DNA from: Owenia fusiformis
Lineage: Eukaryota
Length of the DNA: 64,000 nucleotides
Assembly: GCA_903813345.2 (NCBI GenBank)
Contig: CAIIXF020000001.1
Coordinates: forward strand, 8,990,001-9,054,000
Reading direction: 5' to 3'
Below, piece after piece: positions 13,401 through 26,600 of the stretch. Position 1 is the stretch's first letter. Each line of letters opens with the position of its first letter. The position numbers and the translations under genes are program-made. Below the pieces are notes generated by a model. The model did no database searches. It was not told the DNA's origin and saw nothing but the letters and a program-made list of their open reading frames with translations.

Positions 13401-16400
13401 TAGAACTAAACAGAATTAAAGTAAAGTAATCTAGTTGTTCCTTATTTACCAATTAAAAATGGAGCAAGCATTTATGACATATCCCTTAAGAACAATAAAC
13501 ACATTTGTGTGTTGTAGGGCCACCATAAAGAGGTCTCAGGACTAACCTGTCATCCTACAGAACAGACCTTCATTACAGCTGGTCTTGACAAGGAGGTCTG
13601 CAAATGGGCACTTTATACACACAACCTCATCTGGAAGTCTAATATTGGGGTAAGGTCACTCCCCATCATCTTGAATCATTGGCTTTCTCTTGATCAATGG
13701 CACAAACATTGAGCTTCTTTAACATATACAGTGTAATTACATTTTTGTAATTGAAACCAAGTGGAAATATTGTCATGTAAATGCATTGTCAATATTAATC
13801 TGACCATACTCTACATACGTCTCGAAGATGTATGCCTGGAATCCCAATTCCAAGCCACCTAGTTAACAGCAACACCAAGGCATAATGAATTCCATTGAAC
13901 ATCTAATAACAACACTGCTTTCAAAATAGCCACCAATAGCCACCAATAGATATGTAGCAAAAATATTGAATAAACTGATAAATAAATGGTAAACCCTGTA
14001 TTGCAGCTGGAGTGTGTATGTGTTGCCTTTGATCCTCAAGGCTTAGTGATGGCCATTGGTACAACAGCTGGACGGTTTGTTATTCTAGACTCCAGTAGTG
14101 GCAACCATGTGGCTTCAATACAAGTGGGCAATGATGACATAACAACCATCAGCTTTTCACCAGGTATGCTGCACCAGTGTGTCACATATTATGCTAAATC
14201 TTAAAAGTGATGAAGTCAAAACATCAACCACACCATAAGCCGGAAACTCACAAAGATGGGATACCAAAACCTTTAAAATATTTATAAGTAACATTTACAT
14301 TTTGGAGGTCATATAGGGCATTTAAATTAAGTTTGGGACAGTTTTCAACTAAAATTATGAGCTTAGAGAGAGATGATATCGAGACACTGAAAAACAAGGC
14401 TGAACCTGCTACAGTCATTCTTCTTTACAAATCTCAACTATTCAAGAGTAAATCATTGTTATATTAAAATGTCTTCACTTTGGCGTCTGATTATCTCACT
14501 ACAAGCATTTATGGCAAAGGATTCTAAATTATTGATACATCCATTTTATCCTTTTAGATGGGAAGATGCTTGCTGCTGGTTGCCAAGACAACATCTTCCT
14601 CTACCAAGTACTAGATGATGGCCAGTGTTTTCGTAAACACAAGACTGGTGTCTTGAGTGGACATAGCAACTATATAAGGCAGCTTGACTGGTCAACAGAC
14701 AGTCGTTATATACAGAGTGTATCAGCTGATTATGATCTCATGTACTGTAAGTATATTGTGTATTATATAGCTGAGGCAAGCGTGAATGTAAAGATATTTA
14801 TCCTAACAATGCCTTGATAAAAGATTTCCCTGTGTTTTTGTCTGATGACATGAATTTCTTTCTAGATGCTCAAATGATTGAAGCTAAAGCAAATTACTAT
14901 GAACAGCGGGTTGAATTGATCCACTATTCCATGACAAGCATGAAACAAGGCATTAAAAATATTGCCACCAACCATTTGTTACAGACACCGAATGCAAACC
15001 ACCAACCATGTCCACCAAACATCATCCACAAAAAATTGAAGACAATAACAATATGTCACCACATAACATAAGCCATTCTTTCGAAATGTTTGTTTGTAGG
15101 GGATATAGGCAAGATGCAATGTGAGAAGCAGGGAGCTTTATTGCGTGACAGTCTCTGGACCACACAGTCAGCCACACTTGGACATGCTCTCTTAGGTATA
15201 AATCTATAGTACAATTAGTTGAACATAGTAATCTCCCATGAGGTGTACTTTTGATGTATTTTCTATTCATGCTGGTCCCTGTGACTTACAACAATGTAAA
15301 GTATGTAGGGGGAACACAGAGATCAATTGTTGAAACAATTGTTTTATAGGTTTCCATATTGATCAAAGATAAATCCATAGGATGATTAAAAATACTGTGT
15401 AATGTTTGTGTTGTATTGAGTGTATGTGAACACATACCGACACAAATCAATATATCAGTATCTGTTACTTTTTTGTACTAGTGATTGCAAAAAAACAACA
15501 TTATTAAACAATGAAAAACTAGACAACAGCAATATCAAAATGTAGCAAATCTCATCGAACAGCCAATCATAAAATAACACACAAAAATGGCCACCATTTG
15601 CAAAATGGTTGCTCACGGTAGCTAAATAGTCATCAGAAAGTGTAAAATGCTTCTCAATATGCTCATATAAAATTTCAACCAAAATCACACACAGACAGAC
15701 AGTGTGACAGACCATCTCTCCCACAATCAGGTAGCTATAACCATAGTTTACAAGACACGGAAAAATGTTTTGATTATATTGATCACATGAAAATGTAGTG
15801 CTCAATTCCAGTTGGCTGCCATCTTTTAAGATCTCACTTGTGTTGTCATCGACTCTCAATTTTGCATATAGCATTGGGAAAGGTGCTGTTCAGAATTACA
15901 AACCAGTTGAATATTCTTTTTGAATTGTGTCTTGATTTAATCCTTCTAAAAGTCTCTTCTTTTATTCTAAGTTGACAAGCTCCAAAATATTTTTGCACAA
16001 AAAGTACTTGTCTAGAAGTGATTTTGTGCTACTTTCCTATACTATTATAGGCAAGGTTATGAAAGTTGAGAGTCGATGACATCACTTCCTGAGTGAAATC
16101 TTAATGGAAATGAGTACTACATTTTTAAATTATCAATATTGACTATATTAAAACATTTTATGTGTTTTGCTGAATATGGAAAGTATATATGTGATTATAG
16201 CTATGATATAAGGATAGAAATTGACAGAGGCGTTCCCTGTATACCTCTGTATGAACTTCGTTTGATGGGATAATAAAAGTATTCAAAACGGCTGCCAGAT
16301 TTCAAGATGATCACCCAAAAGTTAATCAACTCAATCAATTTAACTGATACCATCTATTATTTGAATGAAGTTGTAAGTAAATTGGAGAAGTGGTTTCTTA

Positions 16401-18908
16401 AAACAAATGTGACAAGACTTAAGAAGATGAAGGACCCACGGTCCTGTGCTCACACAGGTTGGAACCTTCAGAGGAATTTATATCCTGACTTTCAAACAAA
16501 AATATTGATTTGGATTTGTAGTCTCGAACTTTGAGAAACTTAGATAGCATAGTTGTGTGACCTAGTTTGATGACCTTTGATCTTGAAAATTTTACTTATT
16601 CAGAGCTCAGTAAGGTCTTTAGTGATTAAGCTGACCAAAATTTACATCCAAAAATCAAATTGAAAAATCAACTTTTTTGACCTTTCGAAGGTCACTGAAG
16701 GTCAAGTAAAGGTCAAATCCTAAAACTAATGTCAGATTTGAACTCCTGGCAACTTGTAGATGATTTTCAAAAAAAGATTTGGTCAAATTGAAGCAAGTTG
16801 AAAAATAACTTATTTTTACTGTTTTTTGACGTCAAATATCTCAAAAATGGTAAAAATTTGATGCTGACATATATTGAGAAATATGTAGGGAATGCTTAAA
16901 TCTATTAATGATGTAATTTATTGCAGGAAATGATCAAGTATAAGGCAAACTTTAAGAATCTTGTCAATCACAAAACCTGCCATTGACTTTATACATGAGA
17001 AAGTTTCCTGAAAATGACTAAGTCCTACTTTTTGTCAAATTTTATAGAGTAAACACCAAAAAGCGTAATTCCAAGAGCTTTGAAATCTTCAGAGGACATA
17101 AGTTGCATATACACCAACTACTAAAAGTTATTTGAAAGTTCTACTTCAACAAAGTGTCTAGTATTTACAGAAAATTTGACTTTTTGACGTCAAAATCCGC
17201 AATTTCTCGGAAACCGGGCGAACTTGGGAAATGGCGATGATAGGTCAAATAGGCGTTATGGATATGCATAAAATGAATGTGGATATGACTCAATCCGAAT
17301 AGCAGTTTTAATTTGTGCGGCCAATGTTGACGGACGGACCAACGGACGGACGGACCAACGGACGGACGGACGGACGGACCAACGGACGGACGGACGCCTG
17401 GTCAATCCCATAGGCTCATGTGAGCCAAAAAACTCCCAAAATGCCATCAGAATTAGAGATGGCCATCCAAAAGTTAATCATCTCTATATGCCCTATAATT
17501 TGATACAATCAATAACATCTGCAACTTCATGTAAATCTGCTATGCATATTAACTGGAATTGCAGCATTTATTTGTTCCTATATCTAGGTGCATGGTCCAA
17601 CCTTGAGAAAGATGAAGACATAGTGTGTACAGCCAGGAGTAACAAACACATCACTCTAGCAGTGGGAGACAACACAGGCAGCCTCCGACTCTACAAATAC
17701 CCTTGCTCAAAACAAAAGGTACATTCAGTGTACTTGTTACCATAAATACAGGCAGTTCAATTGATTCTTTCTACCTCACTGACATTAAAGAACAACTGAA
17801 ATAGTTTTTCTCAACTTGCAGCTACAAACATGCGGTTTTCTCCATTGTAAGCCCAACGTAGAGTTCTTGAAATAGCCATTATAAAATAAATGTTAGATAA
17901 CTGCTTACGGTCAGAGATAACGAAATAAAACTAACTGGTCAATCAAATTGGCTCCCGTGTGATTAGTAACGTCATATACAAAATATAGCTTTGGTTTATT
18001 GGTTCCTTAGTAATCACAATGTCACGGCAACCATAGGATTGTTGTGTAAACAAATAACAAAACATTTTGGCATTATGACGTCATGATCTAATGGACCAAA
18101 ACGGGCCACATGGGGACCAGTGAGAGATCACGTGGGGGCCAATAAAGTCACAACCAATTCGAATATTGCTTATTAAGCAACTATAACGATCGTTAGAGTG
18201 AAATAATTTTCACACTACTGATGGGAAAACATGGCCAAATACATTTATCAAAAAACTATATTGATTCCTTTAGGTTAAAAATACCATTTCATATCTGCTT
18301 TAAGCATCTGCTACTGTAATGTTAAATATAATAGAATCTTGGTCATCCAATTTAGTGAACACTGAAGTACTTGTATACAAAGGTTCAGAAAAATGGAAAA
18401 AATTGGCTCTACGACTGATAGATTAGTTTGTGAAAGTCAACATATTGATGAATTCCATTAGTGGGTTATGTCCCCTTGAAGGTTAAATTAAATACCATTA
18501 TGACATTGCGAATTGAAGTGTTTGTATATGTTATTATGGATCAAGGAAAGTCAGGATTTGACATATAAGTTCAAAAATTCATACTACTTCTAAGATACTT
18601 CTTGAAGGTCAAAATTACCTCTTTGAGTACAATCATGATGAGCAAATAAATTATCATTGATCATTCTAGGGAAGTAATCACATACGAATTACAGGCAATT
18701 ATTTCTAATTTGAAAATTTCAGGCGGATTTTATTGCGATGAAACCTTACTCTAAGTCTACAAATAATGTATGCTACACAAATGATGATACTTTCCTGATA
18801 ACATCTGGTGGCTCAGATGCTGGCCTGATGCAATGGTGCATCAAAGACAACAAACAGGCCATGCTGCCACTGCCAGCGTCACCTTTCTCCATGCAAGATA
18901 CACTATAG
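7438..18908 (+). CDS. Echinoderm microtubule-associated protein-like (EML/EMAP family; HELP motif + WD40), 5'-partial, probably DCX-EMAP type
   Basis: Phase-consistent exons ~7438-7621, 7963-8085, 8976-9201, 9348-9420, 9630-9731, 9934-10029, 11648-11791, 12080-12238, 12573-12686, 13108-13245, 13518-13649, 14007-14163, 14558-14746, 15100-15195, 17588-17718, 18723-18908. HELP motif LKLEWVYGYRG...NNLYVL...ELVYYVA; WD repeats GHSNYIRQLDWS and LRLYKYPC; stop TAG 18906-18908. Confidence 0.93.
15518..16277 (+). mobile_element. Degenerate Helentron-like (HINE/pearl-like) element with an inverted-repeat insertion (~15770-16170)
   Basis: Ends resemble 21928-22840 (AACTAGACAAC..GTAGCAAATCTCATCGAAC; GGCGTTCCCT..GAACTTCGTTTGATGGGATAA); internal arms GTCATCGACTCTCAA / TTGAGAGTCGATGAC. 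Confidence 0.6.
16411..17432 (+). mobile_element. Non-autonomous Helentron-like element with (ACGG)n microsatellite
   Basis: Subterminal GCTCACA/TGTGAGC; GACG repeat ~17328-17396; 3' hairpin GGCTCATGTGAGCC followed by an A-run. Confidence 0.7.
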
Positions 18909-19344
18909 AGGGATACGTTGTAGATGAGCATACTATAGAGTGGCATACTATGGATGAATGCACTGTAGAACGGTAAATTGTAGAGGCATATTGTAGTAGG
19001 ACAAGAGGCAAATGGACAAGAAACATTCGTGCCATACTACCACAGTTTAAAATTCATGCAAGTGAAACCTGACTTGTTCAAATCTGAATACTGGACAGAT
19101 TTAGACTATGGTAATATTCTAATGTATAACTGTGCCATTTGTCGTCAAGGAAACTGTGATTATGTACATAAGAACCAATAAATATTTTTCTATTAATTTA
19201 TTATGAAACATTCTAGATGTGTGAGATTACACAATGTTTTCATATATATTTCATAGATGGTGCTTTTATCAATAAATTGATGAACAAATAAATAATAGTT
19301 CTGTTTGAAAATAGTGTGGCCATTAGTTTAGTTTCATCAACATA

Positions 19345-20406
19345 CAGGGTGATCACTAAGTTCTGGGAATTGGTCTGTCATTTCAATATTTTTCAACCAA
19401 TTTAGTTGAAACTTCCAGCAAATGTACATTGTATAGTTCTGAACTGATAGACAATGTTTCATATACATATCACTTTTACAATTTATGTTATTGTAATTAT
19501 AAAAAAAGTAAAAGTGGTCGGCGGGTCAGCAAATTTTGGCTGGCGTTAATTTGAAAATATCCTGCAAAAACATACTTATCTTGCCTAGATGGTTGGTTCA
19601 AACTTATTGTACTAGAGGTAAAATAGTACTCTTGAAGTCATTTATTCAGAAGTATTCTTCATTGCTGGGAGGATCATTTCATTTATAATGATTTCCATAG
19701 GCCTGGACGACCATGCATTGTTGTCAAACCTAGTCCATAAAGTTGCTTTCCAGTCCTCCCTTTGGTATCCCTTGAAAATTTGCTCAAGCTGTTGAGATCA
19801 GTCCCTCATCGGAACCAAACTTATGGTGATCTCTCATATGATGCTTCAACAGTCAAATTTAGTGAACCTAATGGTGGTTCATCTGGTGAACATTATATGG
19901 TGAATATGGGGCATGAACAACTTGTGTGAACCCTTATTCTTCAAGAGTAATATGGGCAATTTAAGGAGTGGGAAGAAGCATTGCCATAATGGAAGATAAC
20001 TCCCCGCTTTTTTGAGTCATGATTGTGACTTTGAGAGTCTGACCAATAATTTAAGAAAATTGAGCAAAGTACACTCTTATATCACAACACAGATGTTACT
20101 TTAGAAACTAAAGTTAGAAATATTTGAAAACATAAAAAATCACAGAAATTTGTCCACCAAATAGGTATTAATCAACCATACTTTTGGATCAAGTAAAATA
20201 AAAATGAATTCAAGTTTTGCTTGACCCGCTACGCCATTTGTCATGTTGCTATAGCAACAATAATTATACATTGCGACATCATATGACAATGAGATTGTTT
20301 TAGCCAACCCAAAATCATATTCTCCGTTTACCTTGAAAATTTCAAGTAGATTGGTTGAAAAATAATGAAATGACAGATAAATTCCCAGAACTTAGTGATC
20401 ACCCTG
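19345..20406. mobile_element. Tc1/mariner-type non-autonomous element between the EML and UTP3 3' ends
   Basis: TA|CAGGGTGATCACTAAGTTCTGGGAATT... ~57-bp imperfect TIR mirrored at ~20350-20406, then TA. Confidence 0.85.
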
Positions 20407-20682
20407 TATTTTCATTCATCAGGTCCAAATTCCGAGATGATATTTTTAATCTTCCAGATATTCTAATTACAGTAGGTAGGAGTTTTGAAACCTTTACATA
20501 AACTCATCAAAGCAATGGTCCTTTAAATCACTTTTGATGTTTACTTCAAAAAACATTGTTTAAAACATATGAGGAAAGTTGTCAAAGAAACACCTTTTAC
20601 TCTTAAAGTCCTAAGTAGAGGATAAAAGTGTCCATTTATTGTGTTGGTTGAACTAGAGAACATGTTAGTGCTTTAACTAGCC

Positions 20683-23600
20683 CTACTTGAGTTTTACACT
20701 GCGTTTGAGTCCAGCACGTATTCCAGATATTTCTCCACCATATTTCTCCATCTCTGGTTTGTACTCTCGCAACTGCAAGTACATATACATAAAATATAAT
20801 CATGATACACACAATATGTATTCCTTACCATTTTGACAAAATATGTTTCTGATAAATTGTGCCATCTTTTGATCAATCAGAGAAACTATAATACATGTAT
20901 ATAGTTTTGGCTGGATTGATGATATCATTGGTTGTACTTTTATAAAATTTAGCAATTAGTTAATACTGTTTTTGCATAGACAGATTGCTAGCTACAACGA
21001 ATGACATCATCAATCTAGCCAATATATTACAGTTTTTTGATGGATCAAAAGAATTATCAGAAACATCTATTGCATCTAATGTGAGTATAAATGTACACAG
21101 GGGTAAAATGAGTGGTTAATAAATAAAATTGATTATCTGATCAATATCAAGCAAGTTAGAAATCAATGTAAAGTTCTGTTAGTGTAAAATCTGTCTCATC
21201 GCAACATCATTGGAACAGGCCACAAGTATTTGGATTGACAGGAGTTCATATTTCAATTTTTTTAATGAAAAATGTGACAAATAAAAATTGTTTATATTGT
21301 GAGATAAGACAGGTATTTTGATATTCAGGTTTCACTGTGATACAATCAACGTTGAATTCATGCTTACCTGACCCTTCCTCCTGATCTTGGCTTTCCTGTA
21401 TTTAATCCTGTTTTTCACTCTCGGATTTTTATTCTCTTTCTTCCTGTTTGGAGTCAAACCTCTGTTCTTTTCAATCTGAAACAATGAATGGGCACTATTG
21501 AGAGTGAGGATATAACTGAAGATTTAAACTGATGAATAAAATGTGAATAAAAAGAGATCACAGTGTGATAAGTGACAATTTACACTATTTTTCAACATAT
21601 GTACAAATCAACATATCTCAAAACCAAAAACTTTCTTGAAGTTCATGTTAAATCACTTTAAAACGTGAAATATTTTCTCTTTTAAATGTCTGATACTGCC
21701 TCTTTTAAGTTTGTGAGGGAATGGAATTTTACACCTGACATCACATGGACAGCTTTCAATTTGTGAATATCTCTCTGCAATCATTGAACAGCAAACACAA
21801 GAAAGAAGTTACCTGTCTGGTGATTCCTCTCTTTCCATCTTCCTCGACATCCTCCTCTTCTTCCATCATCCTGTCCTCTCCCACCACATCACTTTCCTCC
21901 CTGCAATAAAGTCAACACATTCTCTATAACCAGAACAACGGCAACGCCAAAGCGTAGCGAATCCCATCGAACAGAAATGGCTGGCATTTTTACAAATGAA
22001 TAGCAAATATCATAAAACAACACACATAAGAAAGGCCACCATTTTCAAAATGGTTGCTCACTAGCCAAGTTGTCATCAGAAGAAATAATATGCTTTTCAG
22101 TAGCCACCTCTAAAATTTTTGAAAAATCGCACACGTACTTGTAAAATAACACACATAAAAATGGTGGCCATTTTTCAAAATGGCCGACTACTCCCCAAAG
22201 TTTTATTAGAAAATGTGCCATTCTTAAAGTATTCACATATCAAATATGAACAAAATCGCTCCACTACTTTTTGAGTTATAGTAAAATACGTTAAAATGGC
22301 AGCCATTTTTCAAAATGGCCACCTTCTACCAAAAGTGTCATTAGAAATAGACAGTGTGCCATGCTTATAGTATTCACATACCAAATATGAACAAAATCGC
22401 TCCACTATTTTTTGAGTTATAGCAAAAATCGTAAAATGACGAGTAAAGGCCACCATTTTTCAAGATGGCTGCCATGTGCTTCTTTAATATCTACATTTGT
22501 AGCATTATTAATGTCCTTTATAATTTTTTTACATTTAAAACATATTGCTATAAAAGTTTTACATATTGCACCTAAATTACTGTAAAATCGGCACTAAAAT
22601 GGCCGCCATTTTAAAATGAGTGGCCATTTTGAAATGACCGGCCATTTTGAAAATCGGCTTTCGAGCAGAACTTCTACTCCCATAAGGTATATGTGTACAA
22701 AATATGAACAAAATCGGGCCAACGGTATTTGAGTTATTGCCCGGACGGACGGACAGACGGACGGACGGACGTACGGACGGACGGACGGACGGACGGAGGC
22801 GTTCCCTATATCCCTCCGAACTTCATTCGATGGGATAATAAACTAAGTCAACACCACCTGCTATGGCTCAGTGGCAGAGTCAAGGTTACCAATATCGCTT
22901 GGCCCGGGTTCGATTCCCGGTTCAGACAAGTTTGTTTGTGCGTTATGTAATTCTGGGTGTTTGACTGAGTGGTTCACGTCTCGTATAAAAGGCTGTGGTG
23001 TGTACCAGTATGTCTGTGTACCTGTGCACACAAAAGAACACAGGGCTCCTCCAAGGAGGGGTTTCTGGCTCTGTCTTCGAGTGTAAAATATGTAAAATAC
23101 GGAATATACCAATGAGGTATTGCTCGCGAAATATGGCGGTAACCAAGATATAATTATAAAAATTAGTACCATGGGTACTGGGCTCACATGGTGTTGCTCA
23201 AAAGTGAAGTGAATGATGGCTAAAATAACAGAAAATAAAAAAAAACAAATATAATTTTTTGTAACAAAATTATTTCAAGTCACTTGCTACTATTTTGGAC
23301 TGACTGAGAGACAGATGGACAAATCGATGTTAAGTAAAATGGCTGAAAAAAAAAACGGATATAATTTTTTGCCAATTATTTGTAACAAAATTATTTCACA
23401 AAAATGGCGACCATTTTAAAAATAGGCAAGCTTTTGAACCAGGAGTCATAGGGGAGTTTTTTGTATTGATGTTGAACAAAAATAACTTGAAACTGGAATC
23501 TTATAGACAGAGGTTTTAAGCAAATGGTCCAAAAGAGGATTTCGCGAGACAGATGGACAAATCAATGTTAACTAAAATGGCTGAAAATAGAAAACAGATA

Positions 23601-26600
23601 TAATATTTTGCCAATTCTTTATAATAAAATTATTTCATACAACTACTCTTTACAGTGATATGGCTTTCTACAATGCAGGACAGCTGAAATTATTTGTAAA
23701 GCTAGGAAATGGGCCAAAAGTGAATTTTGCTAGACAAGAATGGCGGCCATCTTGAAAATAGGCGAGCTCTTGAACCAAGAGTCATAGGAGAGTTTTTTGT
23801 ATTTATGTTGAACAAAATTAACTTAAAACGGGAATCCTATCAACAGAGGGTTTAAGGCAAATGGTCCAAAAGTGGATTTTGCGAGACAAATGGACAAATC
23901 AATGTTAACTAAAATGGCTGAAAATAAAAAAAAATGGATATAATTTTTTGCTGATTTTTCGTAACAAAATTATTTCATACATCTGCTTTTTACATTGACA
24001 TGGATTTTTACAAAGTAGGACACTTGAAATTATTTGTAAAGCTAGGAAATGGGTCAAAAGTGAATTTCGCAAGACAAAAATGGCGGCCATTTTGAAAATA
24101 GGCGAGCTTTTGAACCAGGAGTCATAAGGAAGTTTTCTGTATTGATGTTGAACAGAAACAACTTAAAACAGGAATCCTATCGACAGAGGTTTTAAAACGT
24201 GCCACTGTGTTGTAGACGGAAAAGTGGATTTCGCGAGTCAGATGGACAAATCAATGTTAACTAAAATGGCTGAAAATAAAAAAATGGATATAATTTTCCG
24301 CTGATTTTTTGTAACAAAATTATTTCATATATCTACTCTTTACATAGACATGGATTTTTACAATGTAGGACACTCGAAATTATTTGTAAAGCTAGGAAAT
24401 GTGTCAAAAGTGAATTTCGCGAGACAAAAATGGCGGCTATTTTGAAAATAGGCAAGCTTTTGAACCAGGAGTCATAGGGGAGTTTTCTGTATGGATGTTG
24501 AACAGAAATAACTTAAAACAGGAATCCTATCGACAGAGGTTTTAAAATGTGCCACTATTGTTGACGGACGGACGGACGGACGGACGGACGGACGGACGCA
24601 CGGACAGACGGACGGACGGACAGACAGACAGACAAGTGAGTGATTGCAAAAGCTCACGATGTGAGCTAATAAAAACACAATGTATGGTCTACAATTAAGT
24701 CAACCCATTCTCTACAATAAGTTGTCAGGTCTACAATAAACTTAACACATTCTCTAGTCAACACTGTCTGGACTGTCTTTGACACATTCTCTACAATTTT
24801 AAGTCAACACATGTCAGCTCTTCAATAAAGAAAATACAATAATAACTTATTTCCATCTCTACATGTACAATTAGGAATCCAAAGTTTAACACAAACTGGA
24901 AAAATGCTGTTTTCTGTTTCAAAGTAAGAAAGTAGCTATGATGAATATTGTGACTTACAGTATTGCATCCTCCCCTCTTGGAACTTTCCCTGATTTCATC
25001 ATGTTATAATACTCCAGGGCCTCCTTCTCATCATTGGTCTCATATACTTCTCCAGGTTTACGTTTACGTCCCTGTAGCAACCAAAACATAAATATATGAA
25101 TCATATATCTCTTATATCCCTTACAAATGTTAAAATATCTCACTTGATTATCATGACACGTAAAGGCTTTCTAACAAATGAATATCACAGTAGTTATATT
25201 GTTTAACCTTATATATATCCACCCATAAGGCTCAGTCAAAGGGATTTATGCCACCTGATGTCATAGCCTGGTGGTCTAAAAGATAATCTCTTATATACTG
25301 AAGTCTTCTTCAAAGATTTAGTGTAAATATCTTACATGAGTTCTGCCTCCAGTTGGAGCTGCTATTTCATCTTCTATCTCCTCATCTGAAGAGCTCACAA
25401 GCTCCGACAATTTTTTTTCAACCTTGCCTTTAAGCTTCGTCTTGCTTTGTTTCCTCTCTCTAGATTAGAAATAAAGAAATGTATATATTCTATATTTCAA
25501 CACTGAATCAGGCTCAGTTAATTATCTATTGAGATATACATGTAAAAGAAATAAGAGTCCTCAAAACATACATAAATATATTATGATAGAGAGTTTTTGG
25601 CACAATGTTTTTAGCTCAACGTATTTAACGTAACACATTAACTAGAATTATAAATAGCAGTTCACACAGACAGTTCATGACAGACCCTCATACTCCCATG
25701 AAAAAGTCGGCGTTTAAAAAAGTATCTAATTCTCTTTACAAAAAGTGATGATTTTGACAATTATGAATGGTTAGGGGACAAGTGTCCTAGTTTACCTCTT
25801 CATGAGTCTGTTCACTCTTTCCTTGACTGTATCCTCCATTGATTGACGAGGTCTGATCTCTTCTCCATTGCTGAGCTTAGTGAGCACTCTCTCTACCTTA
25901 GGTGCCAATTGTGCATCAATGGGTTCAAGCTGTTTCAGTAGCTGAAGAATTTATAAAGAATGTCATTCAATATGGATGAAATCTGCTTAATAATACTTAT
26001 TGAAAATGGCACAATTGGGTGGGCTCATATTATCATATGGTGATTCCTAATATTGTGAAAAAAGTCTATTTCTTCAAAACGAAAAATTAGGAGCCAAGAA
26101 CAATGGTTTGGTATTAATACCCAAAAAATCAAGCATTAGTTTAGACAATAATCAGTTGTCATATGTCTAAAAACTGTTGATGATCAGACAGAGCGACAGA
26201 TGGATGAGTGGGTGTTTCCATAGGCTCACCATACCAGCCAACAAAATCAAAGTATTAAAATCATGTTAAAATAAAAACTACTCGTAAGTGACTTACATTT
26301 CTATACTGTACGAGGCGCTTGATGACAGGGTGGTTATGTACTGGAATCTTCTTGGCCTGGAGCATCATGTAGAAACTGATATTTACACAATAGCTAAAAT
26401 AAAACATAGAAAATGTAAAGTTAAAGTTAAGAATAAAGCAGTAAGGAATTCCATACAATATTTTCGTATTTAATGCCTCAGTCACATTTGATTTACGGCA
26501 ACTGCAGCTTCCCAGAATTGAGAGAATGACCAGCACAAAATATAGGGAAAATATAGAGCAAATGTGACCGAGGCTTAAGGGATATAGCTGGCCAGTTATT

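Noticed and set aside
17256..17447. RPSV/RTDG-repeat ORFs (also 22729, 24472, 56725)
   Set aside because: Translations of (ACGG)n microsatellites in Helentron-like elements.
19700..19990. Transposase remnant inside the Tc1-like element
   Set aside because: The + strand frames I read show no DDE or HTH motif and have frequent stops; a BLASTX would be needed.
22852..22925. Functional tRNA gene (also ~27990-28060)
   Set aside because: A and B boxes are present but there is no convincing cloverleaf, and both continue into a shared SINE body.
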